Under the pieces are notes generated by a model. It was not told where the DNA came from. It ran no database searches and was given only the letters and a program-made list of their open reading frames with translations. A DNA stretch of 63,041 nucleotides, counting the filler, from Sphacelaria rigidula (lineage: Eukaryota): the NCBI GenBank assembly GCA_964200075.2. It is 9 parts of 9 records of this genome, joined end to end, with 100 filler letters (N's around TTAATTAATTAA, not from the genome) between each part and the next. Parts side by side here need not be neighbours in the genome. Positions count along the whole stretch, not along the records: positions 1 to 6,916 come from CAXNAA020017418.1; positions 7,017 to 13,932 come from CAXNAA020017419.1; 7 more parts are not named here. One strand, written 5' to 3'. Positions 1 to 11,225 of the stretch are shown piece by piece. Positions within the stretch are counted from its first letter, which is position 1. Each line of letters opens with the position of its first letter. The translations under genes were made by a program, and so were the position numbers.

Positions 1-957
1 AGTTGTCCCGCTAATTTGCTACCAGAGTAAAAACTCACACAATGCAAGCAGCCGGGCTGTGCATATTTCCAACAGTTGTACCCATCTTGCGACCTCGGCT
101 GGATTCGAAGTGACATCGGTTCATGCGATTAGTACGATTGAATACCCTTTGTCGTGTAGATGTTTCGTTTGCCTTCCTCTGCGGGCTGCTTGATTTATGG
201 GTATGCGTGGCATGCTTCTTGCACTCTGTGACCACGGGTTCGAGGGATTGAGCTAGTGCGACGAACATGATAACAGCAATAGCAAATAGTGATTAGTGGG
301 TCTGTATCCGGTCAAAAATGGCATCCTTGTTGGATATTACGAGCATAATTGAGCATAAATCCCACGTCGCGAGCATAAATTGAGCATGAATTCCACTTTA
401 CGGTTATATTTTTTCATGAGATTACTAGCATAAAAAATGACACTAAAAAAATAAGTAAAAGCGTAGACTCCGCGCTGGTGCATCGCACATTTGGCGGCAC
501 AACCTGCGGCCAATCACTGCGAAGAAAAAACCTCCATATCAAGTCACGTCACATCAGCTTTCGCAATGAACGTTATAGCGTCCACTCTGAAGTTTTAGAG
601 CTTTCAATCTGCACTCTGACTCTATGATGGGAACAATATCTTCCGGAACTCTCTTTTTGTCTAGATCTACTGTTGCTGATGGATATCTCATTACAGATGA
701 TGCGGATCTCGTCGTTTGCTTGCGTTCGCCGGCGAAACAAAAGGACAGGGATATGCTACCTGCCCGTGTATGGCGCTCATAACCGTGGTGAACATCTTTC
801 TCGCAACCCATCTGTCACACGGGGGGGCAGTCGGACAGGCTAGGGCGTGATCGACCACCTCTCTCGGGATGTTGCAGAAGCGCACATGAGTAAAAATGTC
901 GACTGTAGAAAGCCCCGTGAATTGATTGCAGCATGCTTTCTTTCTGTCAGGTGTATG

Positions 958-1308
958 TGTGAGGAAGGCGTGTCGCTAGAGTAGTCACAGATCTACGGCG
1001 GAGACTGCCGTCCTAATGCTGAAGGATATCCGAGGCTGGTCATGATTTCCTCTTGTATACGTACACAAGAAGTTGGGTCAGACGAGAAGTGGTCGTCAGG
1101 GGCGACCAGTACCTCGGGGGATGTCGAACCGTCCTAATATTAGGCTGTTCCTAGCATCACCCCGAGTTGTTTAGTTACGTCGGCATTGCAGAGTCCTCGG
1201 TAATCTGATCCTTCCGGATCGTTCCTACCCTGTCCCTGCTTGCGCTGGTTCTTCATACATGTGTGGCATCAGTCTCTGATATGTCACTACAAAGAGGTAT
1301 CTTCCACA
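958..1308 (-). repeat. 3' LTR (351 bp)
   Basis: TGTGAGGAAGG...CTTCCACA, highly similar to 4965-5315 and 12414-12759; adjacent PPT. Confidence 0.92.
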
Positions 1309-1539
1309 TTCCCTCCCCCTTCATGCGCCTCAAGCCCATCGGGACTATGGTTGTGGGACAAGTTGATCATCAGCGAAGCTGATGATATAACCGTGAAAGT
1401 GTCTTTGAGTGACAATCATTGATTGAGTCACGCCACCATTAATCGCAAAGGCAGCCCTTAGCTGGTCAGTAAGAGTGCATGTATTCCAAACCCTCTAATT
1501 TTGGTTTTCTCTGTCATATAGCTGTCATATGTGACATGT

Positions 1540-2350
1540 TTCCATCAGAAGTATTTACACTTGGGTGCTGGTTGCATCTGCTGGTATGCATGACTGGGAA
1601 CTGGGACAATGATCGGTCCACGGGCGCCTGGATTATTCCTGCCTGGGTTCTGGGATGCCTTCGGATCCGCGGACACCAGAGTAGGGCTAAGTCCTCGGGT
1701 TGGTAACAAGGCAGTGTTGAAGATATATATACATATATTTTTTCACCTGAAAGCATTGTGCTTTTTTGGCTAAACACCGTCAAAATGACCCTTGCTTGTA
1801 TTTTGTGTCAAATAACTGCATCATGTGTGACAAATTTTTCATGGGATGCTTTTGCACTTTGGTGCAGGTTGCATCAGTTAGGTGTACATGACTAGGCGTT
1901 GGGACACCGACCGGTCCACGGGTGCTTGAGGCATTCCTGCCCGGGTTCTGGGATGCCTTCGGTTCCACTGACACCGGAGCAGGACAAACTCCTAGCGTTA
2001 GTACCAAAGCGATGGGTCTGATATTTATCTTGCGAGCATTGTGCTCTTCGGTGAAACATCGACATGTTCTTTGCTTCATATCATTTCGTGGCATGTAAGT
2101 GTGTCGCATGTGATCCATTTCCATGGGATGCCTTTGCAATTTGGTGCTGGAAGCATCTGCTGTTTCTACATGCCTGGGCACTGAGACACTGATCAGTCCG
2201 CAGGCGCCTGAGTTATTCATGTCCGGGGCCTGGGATGCCTTCGGTTCCGCTGACACCGGAATAGGACAACATCCTCGTGTTAGTAACAAAGCGGTGGGTA
2301 TGATGTTTATTATACGAGCCTTATTATGCTCTTTGGTTACACATCATCGA
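1540..2350. repeat. Three diverged ~280-300 bp tandem units in the 3' internal region of the LTR element (also ~7775-8590)
   Basis: Landmark GGTCCACGGGCGC...GGGATGCCTTCGGTTCC...GACACCGGA recurs at ~1615, ~1913, ~2196 and at ~7850, ~8147, ~8429. Confidence 0.85.
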
Positions 2351-2689
2351 AATGATTTTGTGCTTCTTGTCGGCATCACCCCAATTTCTGAGAGGCTATC
2401 TTCCTTGGAAAGTTGCACACCAGTCACCGTTGACATGTCAGGTTTTTTTCCGATCATGTCTGCACTGTTTTAACGTCTTTTTACTTTTATTTTTCGTGGT
2501 CCTCTTTGAGGTCCGAATTGTGACTCCGGGCTACTGCTCAACCCTTGAGCGTTTTGCCAGGACGCTCGAACAGTCTGTTGAACAGTCACATCCGTTTCCG
2601 TTACCCGGTATTTTCGAATTTCGACTCCGGATGTGAGCGTTTTGCTACCCGTTGCCATGACGGTATATATCGATGAGATTTCTACCTCT

Positions 2690-3347
2690 AATGAGCGTTC
2701 TTCATCGGGAGCAAGCGTGTTCGAACAACTGTTGGCTACTTTCATCGGCGATTGAAGTGGAATTTCGTAGAAGAAAACGGCCCAAAATACCACCCCCTCC
2801 TATCGTCGCATGACTCCAAAGTACTACCCACCTGCATTAGTACGATTTAATGCCGTATTTTCCTGTTGTCGAACACGGTGCATCATTGCATGTCACCGCG
2901 CACTGTATGTACTGCATCTTGTGCTATATGTCGCTCTCCCACTGCCGTATAGACAAGACATATGGCAGGCAACCTGCTGAATATCCAGCACAATCTGGCA
3001 CAACGAGTGTATGTTGTGCGCATCCTGCCAAGGACGATGGGGACTTATCTCGTCACCACACTCAAAGTGACAAGTCACAAAATCACATCATGTGTCAACT
3101 CGTCGCCTATTCCATGTCGGGAAACTCGTGTCCAAGGACAACGACAAACGAAAAATTGGCATCCAATTGATGAGTGATTGTTAGATTGATTGTCTCGCAT
3201 GAACCGATCCGCTTCGAATCCACAGTCATGCTATGATAGGCGGAGGGTATTCTGAGCCGTCTTCTACCACGAAATTCTACTTGAAATCGTCGTAACTGGC
3301 AGCAACAGCTGTTCGAACGCGCCTGCTCCCGATAAATAACGCTCATT
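2690..3347. mobile_element. MITE-like element with ~130-bp imperfect TIRs, part of a ~1.4-kb insertion (2688-4089) in the LTR element
   Basis: AATGAGCGTTCTTCATCGGGAGCAAGCGTGTTCGAACAACTGTTG matches the reverse complement of 3303-3347. The block 2688-4089 is absent at the equivalent position of the contig-2 copy (~8915-8925). Confidence 0.75.
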
Positions 3348-4964
3348 CATACTGATTTACACCGCTTTCACCCAAATACAAGCGCACCGCGAGTGGTTTA
3401 GGTCGTTTGACGGATCCTTGAGCACATTCTTTTGTGAAAATCGAACACCCCCCTGAGTACGTCCCCCTATCGTAGCATTGTTTTCCAGCCGAGGTCGTAA
3501 GGTGGGTACAACGCAGGAAACAAGGTGCAAAAAAAAGGGGAGGGGCGGAATTGGGAAACGTACTGGCGTAGACAGGGTGAATTAAATAGCCAGAGAAAGT
3601 ACAAAACCGAAACATGAAAAAAAATGGTCAGCCGAGATCTGCAGCTCGGCCGCGTGCTGTGCGCTGTACGCCGTGCGCTGTGTACTACACACTATATACT
3701 GCAGAGTACGTTGCACGTGGATTTATTTTTTGTTTTGTGTGCTTCCATGCAAACGCTTTCCAGACCTGCGATCGATCAGACTGGCAGCTTGAAGATTAGT
3801 TCCACAGCATACGCGTACTTCAGACCCGCGGTCGATGATAGCAGAGTTTTCACCCACAATATCAAAACATCACAGCAGGTCAGCATTTAAACCAGTGTAC
3901 TCACCCTTACGATGAAAAAATATGCTCGATTATGCTCCTAACGTAGAAATTATGCTCGACTATGCTACTTGCTAAACACCCGCCGTATTTACGCTAGCGC
4001 TGGCCAAATAACAGGACCTGCCAGCAGTCTAGAACCAGTCCCACATCGAATTTGTGCAGCTCCGCCGGTTCTACCAATACCATTTTGGGATCTCCACCTT
4101 GTGGAGTTTCATCAGCTCGATAGGTTAGGTCGGCTACTAAGCCGTAGCTTTTGAGTATCAACCTATACTAATGGCTATGAAGACTTCCCTGGCCTGGTCC
4201 TGGAGCGTAGGCTACCATTTGTTCGACAACGTAACGTTTTATTGTAGGCAACGTTTCGTCGGGTTGTCTCTGGTAGAGGCGTTTGTTTCGTCGGGTGCCC
4301 GTCTGGAGGAGTTATTGTACTGACGAGGAGCCCCGTTTCTTTCCAATATTTTTTCACTAGACGGTTGACACTTGTTCCATTTTATTCATACTGAGGTGTA
4401 GAATATTAAAAAAGTGTTTGTAATGTTCAACTTCTCTCAGCTTGTGGGCTGGGGGGCGGTAAGACCATCCAATACACCTCCTTCTTTCCCTTGCTACATG
4501 GTAGGGAATGGCAAGGTCGTGCATTTGCACGTTGGGTAATCTTTTTGATAAAGCTATGTCGAGTCACCGCGTTTCCAGAGGTCGGCCTGCTTGATTGATT
4601 GTCATGCTTTTCGCACTATGGTGGTGGTGAAAGGTTGGTTGATAGGTGTGGTTTCACTGTTTAATCAGCCATTCTGGTGACATATAATGCACGCTGACGA
4701 GACGAATTTCGCGTTTTCGCTGTTTGACTTGTCATGCGGGTGGCATGGTAATGCACAGTGAGGGGGCTAATTTCGCGTTGACACAGACGCATGACTCTAA
4801 TAACCTCTCAACTCGATTATTTATGCACATGACCCATCCGTTTCACCTGGATTAGCATTCCTTGGAGGACCCTAGTGTTTTCGGTGTCGGGGAGCAGTCG
4901 GTTCTCGTGCCAGTGTTTCACTTCTAAGGCCTGTCTTGCCTGAGTTCTGTTCTGGTGTCGCCAA

Positions 4965-5315
4965 TGTGAGGAAGGCGTGTCGCTATAGTAGTCACAGACC
5001 TACGGCGGAGACTGCCGTCCTAATGTCGAAGGAACTCCGAGGCTGGCGATGATTTCCTCTTGTATATGTAAACAAGAAGTGGCGTCAGACGAGAAGTGGT
5101 CGCCAGGGGCGACCAGTACCTCGGGAGATGTTTAACCATCCTAATATTAGGCTGTTCCTGGCATCACCCCGAGTTGTTTGGTTACGTCGGCATTACAGGG
5201 TCCTCGGTAATCTGGTCCTTCCGGATCGTTCCTATCCAGTCCCTGCTTGCGCTGGTTCTTCATACATGTGTGGCATCAGTCTCTGATATGTCACTGCAAA
5301 AAGGTATCTTCCACA
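4965..5315 (-). repeat. 5' LTR (351 bp)
   Basis: Same LTR sequence, with PBS-like TGGCGAC immediately internal on the minus strand. Confidence 0.92.
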
Positions 5316-5316
5316 A

Positions 5317-5511
5317 ATGCGCAGATACCCAACTAAAGAACCAGCTACAGACTTTACAGGTGGTGTGGTAGCATAAACTCGTAGCAGCACTGCAGAAACG
5401 TAGGTAGCTACTGGATTGTTTCCGCACTTCACTTCGGAAGTGCGTATGTTTGCAAACGACGACCACCGTGCTTGACCCGAACAGCTCCAACACCGCTGCC
5501 CGGGCACACAA
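5317..5511 (-). pseudogene. 5' piece of a degenerate Cys/His-rich ORF split by the LTR element (continues at 957-691); possibly a DNA-transposon transposase relic
   Basis: Removing 958-5315 plus one TSD copy fuses ...WVSAH (5319-5317) in frame to TPDRKKACCNQ...VRFCNIPREVV (ORF 691..885). The product call is weak inference from AAVLELFGSSTVVVVCKHTHF. Confidence 0.4.
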
Positions 5512-6042
5512 CGTCTATAGAGATAGATACCGCTAACCCTCGCTGATTTTTGTTCTACGACATGGCCCAGTCCTGCGGGTGTCACTAGCAAGGTTCCTGA
5601 TGATTCGCATGCTTGCGAGCGCCACGGCATGCGTCAAGGGCAGCTCTGCGGAGTGTTGCGCTGCGGTCCGAAATGGTCGGAGTTCTCCCAAACTTTGCGT
5701 AAATATGCTATGTATCATTACGCAACTTTATACGGACGATGATTTTTGTACTTCTTGAGTTTTTCACTCTTTTTCGGGGGTCCGACAGGATCGAAGTAGT
5801 TTATTGGAGTAATCTCCATTTTGGGACCCCAGAAAAACGGCACTACGATATTTTTTTCATTGTTTCGCGAACTATCTGCCTCCGCATAACCCAAGGATGG
5901 GCTCCACGATTTTTCGTCGCAAAACTCGATCAACTGAATTTCCATGTTCACGTCAAAGAAGGCCCAAAAACGCCGTTTTGGTACTAAAATCAAGAAGTTT
6001 GCGGTTTCACCGCGGTACGGCAAACTTCATCGCACAAAGGCC

Positions 6043-6330
6043 AAACACTTCACGCTGCTTTAGGGAGTTAGACCCTGAATTTTTGCACCACTGTGCTTCG
6101 AGACATTACGCAACTTTGCAGGAACGGGGTTTTTATTTTTCGTTTTGTTACCGTTTTAAGGGGGTCCGATTGGCTAGAGGTTTCCCCAATAAAATTGGGA
6201 CCCCCGAAAAACGGTGAAAAAAGTAAAAAAAATCGGGAAAAAAACCGTTACTGCAAAGGTTGTGTAATGAACCATAAAACATTCGTGCAAAATTCGGGGT
6301 CTAACTCCTTGAAACAGCGTGAAGTTTTGC
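6043..6330. repeat. ~285-bp imperfect palindrome (foldback)
   Basis: CACTTCACGCTGCTTTAGGGAGTTAGACCCTGAATTTTTGCAC pairs with GTGCAAAATTCGGGGTCTAACTCCTTGAAACAGCGTGAAGT; centre ~6185. A partial direct copy of the inner part lies at ~5715-5840. Confidence 0.85.
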
Positions 6331-6916
6331 CGATGGGTATTTTTTGGGTGATAAGCGTGAACCAGTCTGTACACAAGCGCAGCTATAGAAGATGCACACA
6401 GTTGATTGACTCATTGATTTTCTACATTCATCCCCTGATTCGCTGCGCACTCAGCCATGGTAATAGGACGAAAAAACACAAAAGGAAGCAAGATAAAAGG
6501 AGATGAACGCAAGATCAATGAAACGCACTAGTCGACAAAAACGCCACCAGCGACGCCGGACTAAGAGATATCCCGGAATGACACACACTACACGAACGAA
6601 AGCAACACTCCGATGTAGCATACGTAGCCGGCAATGGCTTATAAAGCCGCTAGCGCTGAAAAATGGTTCGAAACCATTATCCAATTTTTTCAGACAACTA
6701 TTAACGTTCTTACCATCATGATGAAAATGGCCAGTTAGAACTGGTACCATTTCCGAGCTGTAGTAGTGAATAATGTACCCAAATATTAGGAAGAACCCTC
6801 AGCAACCTGGGTGAAGAGTATTTATTGGGTATGAACTCAGTACTCCACACAAATCTTCGGTATAATTCGTGGTCGTGGCACTGTCCTTACGACAGACCAA
6901 CTACTGTTCAGCGAAC

Positions 6917-7016
6917 NNNNNNNNNNNNNNNNNNNNNNNNNNNNNNNNNNNNNNNNNNNNTTAATTAATTAANNNNNNNNNNNNNNNNNNNNNNNNNNNN
7001 NNNNNNNNNNNNNNNN
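6917..7016. other. Artificial contig spacer (N44-TTAATTAATTAA-N44); identical spacers at 13933-14032, 20949-21048, 27965-28064, 34981-35080, 41997-42096, 49012-49111, 56027-56126
   Basis: Eight identical 100-bp blocks with a six-frame stop linker separate segments of 6916 or 6915 bp, as expected for length-sorted concatenated contigs. Confidence 0.98.
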
Positions 7017-8999
7017 GACGCAAGCAGGTTTTCTAGTACTGCAGCGTCTAAATGCTGTTGAGGGACTCCCCAGCTCCACTGGCCTCAAGGTCTCAGTTGT
7101 CAGCCTTTACAACACCTCATCATTATTCGAAGTAAACACCTGTAGCCTACCATCAGGCCTGGGCTACACAGAAAGGGTCATTATCCACAGGATGCCCTTG
7201 TCCCCGGGTCATCATCCAGGATCCACTATATACTCAACCGTGACGGCATGATTTCGCCTTAGGTCAGACGAGAAGTGGTCGCCAAAGGCGACCAGTTCCT
7301 CGGGGGATGTTGGACCGTCCTGATGTTAGGCTCTTCCTGGCATCACTCTAAATTGTCTACTTTCGTTGGTATTACAGGGTTTTCGGTAACCTGGTCCGTC
7401 CGGACCGTTCCTACGTTGTACCTGCTTGCGCTGGATCTTCATACATGTGTGGCATCAGTCTCTGATATGTCACTGCAAAGAGGAGTCTTCCACATTGCCC
7501 CCCCCCCTTCATGCGCCTCAAGCCTATCAGGACTATGGCTGGTGGGACGAGGCGATCATCAGCTTTGCTGATGATATAACCGTGGAAGTGTCTTTGAGTG
7601 ATAATCATTGATTGAGTCACGCCACCACTAATCGCAGAGGTAGCCCTTCTCTATGCTGTGGTATTAGTAAACACCCCCAGTAGAGTTTTGCTACCTGTGG
7701 TCAGCAACAGTGCATGTATTCCAAACCCTTGAATTTTGTTTTTCTGTCATGTAGCTGTGTCATATGTGATATGTTTCCATCAGATGTATTTGCACTTGGG
7801 TGCTGGTTGCATCTGCTAGTATGCATGACTGGGTACTGGGACACTGATTGGTCCACGGGCGCTCGGATTATTCCTGCTCGGGTTTTGTGACACCTTCGGT
7901 TCCACCGTAGTAGGGCTAAGTTCTCGGTTTAGTAGCAAGGCGGTGTTGAAGATATATATATATATATATATATTAACCTGTGAGCATTGTGCTATTTTAA
8001 CTTAACACCGTCAAATGACCCTTGCTTCTTGTTATTTTGTGTCAAATAACTGCGTCATGTGTGACACATTTTTTATGGGATGCTTTGGCACTTTGGTGCA
8101 GGCTGCATCACTTAGGTAGAGATGACTAGGCACTGGGACATCGACCGGTCCATGGGCGCTTGAGGTATTCCTGCCCGGGTTCTGGGATGCCTTCGATTCC
8201 ACTGGCACCGGAGTAGGAAAAAGTCCTCGCGTTAGTACCAAAGCGGTGGGTCTGATGTCTATCTTACGAGCACTGTGCTTTTTGGTGAAACATCGACATA
8301 ATCTTTGCTTCATATCATTTTGTGGCATGTAAGTGTGTCACCTGTGACCTTTTTCCACGAGACGCCGTTGCAGTTTGGTGCTGGATACATCTGCTGTTTC
8401 TACATGCCTGGGCGCTGGGGCACTGATCGGTCCACGAGCGCCTGGGTTATTCATGTCCGGGTTCTGGGATGCCTTCGGTTCCGCTGACACCGGAATAGGA
8501 CAACGTCCTCGTGTGTTAGTAACAAAGCGGTGGGTCTGATGTTTATCATGCGAGCCTTGTGCTCTTTGGTCAAACATCATCGCAATGATTTTTGCTTCTT
8601 CTCAGCACTACCCCGATTGCTGAGAGGTTATCTTCGTTGGAAAGTTGCACCCCAGTCACCGTTGACATGTCAGATATTTTTGCGTTCATGTCTGCATTGT
8701 TCTAACGTCGTTTCTTTTTGTTTTCTTCTTTTGTTACTCTCATTGACCTCCGAATTGTGACCCCGGGCTACTGCTCGACCCTTGAGCGTTTTGCTAGGAC
8801 GCTCGAACAGCCTGTTGAACAGTCACATCCGTTTCCGTTACCCGGTATTTTCGGATTTCGACTCCGGATGTGAGCACCTTGCTAACCCATTGTCATGACG
8901 GTATATATCGATGAGGTGTTTACCTTGTGGTGTTTTCTCAGCTCGATAGTTAGGTCAGCTGCTGGGCCGTAGCTTTTGAGTCTCAATCTATACTTATGG

Positions 9000-10150
9000 T
9001 TATGAAGACTTCCCCGACCTGGTTCTGGAGCGTAGGCTACCATCTTTTCGACAGCGTGACGTTCTTTTGTAGGCGGCGTTTCGTCTGGTTGGTCTCTCTG
9101 GTAGAGGTATCCGTTTGCCTAGGAACAACTTGCTCGATTTATCGACATCTGATGCGGGTGGCGTTTTCCGTGGTCGATATTCCTTCAAGTGAGCGGGATG
9201 TACTGACATTTCTCTAGAGTTGTCGCCTACTTTGATTATGTACACAACCGGCGATGGTCCCTCGATTATCATGAAAGGTCCTCTCCATGGTAATTGGAGT
9301 TTCGGGTTCAGCCCTTCTGAGTCCTGGTATGGTGGGTACAAGATTACCTTTTGACCGGGTTTCAACACTCAGAAATGTTTCAATATGTTTTTGTTTCCAT
9401 GCTCGTTCGCTCCTTCTCGTAGAGCTTGACCCGCAATTGCAAATCCAAACCGTAGGTTTCCCGGTGTTTCTTTGGAAAATTCTCCGGGTGTTGCGGCTTG
9501 GCTCTCCTCAGGTATGCCGAGGATAATGTCGATCGGTAACCTGGGCCGTCTTCCGAACAATAAAGAAAAGGGTATCTCCTGTACTGTACTGTGATAGGAT
9601 GTGTTGTACTCCATTTGGATAAACGGAAGTATGGATGCCCAATTTTTGTTTCCAATTGACATATGCATAGCTAACATCGCGTGCATAGTGGAGTGGATTC
9701 GTTCCGCCACGAAATTACCTCGTGGGTGTAACGGGACCGTGCGAGGTTTATTGAAACCCAGCTCTTGTTGCCGTGCGTATATTAGCTTGTTTTCGATTTC
9801 GACTCTGTAGTTCGAACGCAGCTCTCCCACGATGCCAAATGCAGTGAAGACTCTGTCGATAAGAGTTTTGGCTATTAATGTGGTCTATTTTTTCGGCACC
9901 GGAATGAGCAAAGCATATCTTGTGAGGTGGTCCAATACGGACAGTACGTACTTACCTAGTACTCCAGCGTTTGACATCGTAGTTGTTTTGTATTCGATTA
10001 GGTTTGCCAGCACTCTTTCGTATAGCCGTCCTACCGTAACGTGTCTCATCGGCAAATTTTGGCCGGTTGTGGACCGTTTTTCCGGTGTTGGCAACTCTGA
10101 CATAGTGTACGCACTCCCGTGTTTGTTCTTTTTGCAATTTTTCCGTGGTT
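9000..10150 (-). pseudogene. Retroviral-type integrase (rve core + GPY/F region), frameshifted
   Basis: ORF pieces KYVLSVLDHLTRYALLIPVP; RTVPLHPRGNFVAERIHSTMHAMLAM...WASILPFIQMEYNTSYHSTVQEIPFSLLFGRRPRLPID; KLQLPWRGPFMII, all typical Gypsy integrase motifs. Confidence 0.9.
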
Positions 10151-10386
10151 GACAGCTATCGGTGACTTTGCACCGGCTTCAAACGGTCGAGCTTCTCAGC
10201 TGATATTTGATATTGGTACTGTAGTTCAGCCATTTGCAGCGCAGGGTCTTTTGGCACGTTACCACATATTTGCGTAAGCGACGGTTTGGTTTCAGCTTTT
10301 CGTTGCTCTTGAGTAGCGCAAACAGTCGCGAGAGGATGTCCGGAAAAGCATGAAGTTTCTCTGGATTTTGTCTCTTGATATTACCA

Positions 10387-10421
10387 TTCTTCTTCTTCTT
10401 CTTCTTCTTCTTCTTCTTCTT

Positions 10422-10452
<31 letters not shown>

Positions 10453-10475
10453 TTATTATTATTATTATAATTATT
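10387..10475. repeat. Compound microsatellite (TTC)n(TTA)n
   Basis: About 21 TTC units followed by TTA units, inside the LTR element. Confidence 0.95.
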
Positions 10476-10905
10476 AAGTTTTCCCGGGATTCCTTCACTT
10501 GTATTGAGGTGATATAGCCTAAATCGTATCGTGTTCCGGGTTTACATGTCGGTTGTCGGGATTGCGATTTGAACCATTTCCGTTGAATTCGTCGCCGACC
10601 ACGTGCATGCTGTCCTTGCAACAATGATGCGCGTGAAAGCTTGAGGTACATCAGGCGATCGAGTGTCTTCCTCGGTTATTATGCGCGGCTTCACGACAGC
10701 TGCTGTTGTTGTTGACGGGGTATCTTCCGTTTTTAACTAATACTGCCCTTTCACTCTGCGGAAGCCCACTGCATTTCTTCGTGAGAAAAATTGGAACAGG
10801 GTTGGAACATTTCACACCGACTATATAACAGTATGTTGTTTTAGTGCGTGTAATATTTTGTGAGCCCTGTTGTTTTCGATGCGATGCTTTGATTTAATAC
10901 TGGAA

Positions 10906-11225
10906 TCACGGAATGTTCGTTCTTTCGTCTGCCAGTCGAGTACAGAGTATAGCTTTGAAAGCACTCCTAATGGAGTTGTCTAGTAATGGGAAATCCGGTC
11001 CCAGATAAGGTAATACAAACGCAACTACTGGTAGGGTTTTTATCCCTAACGTAATCGCGAAACGAATGAACCCTAGGATTTTTATGGGGGAGCCGTCCGC
11101 GCTTCTAAGATCCGTAGATCCCGGCGGTACTGGCTTTACATCAGCTGTCATGATGGCCGGGTGCTCATCTATGAACTTTTTGCTGATACACGGCACATCT
11201 GCTGCGGAATCTATTTTGAGTTTTT
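10906..11225 (-). pseudogene. Retropepsin-like aspartic protease relic
   Basis: KIDSAADVPCISKKFI...LRSADGSPIKILGFIRFAITLG...VVAFVLP..GPDFPLLDN, matching the D-S-G/A active-site pattern and the downstream ILG-type motif. Confidence 0.75.

Larger units (their letters stand above)
958..5315 (-). mobile_element. Non-autonomous Ty3/Gypsy LTR retrotransposon with both LTRs (gag-pol almost entirely deleted)
   Basis: Two 351-bp direct repeats (958-1308, 4965-5315) with TG...CA ends. On the minus strand a PBS-like TGGCGACACC follows the 5' LTR (~4950-4963) and a polypurine tract (1309-1320) precedes the 3' LTR. Near 4-bp TSD TATG/AATG. Internal sequence is collinear with the integrase-bearing copy in contig 2. 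Confidence 0.9.

Noticed and set aside
10292..10651. Poly-Ile/poly-Arg ORF
   Set aside because: Translation of a (TTC)n(TTA)n microsatellite.
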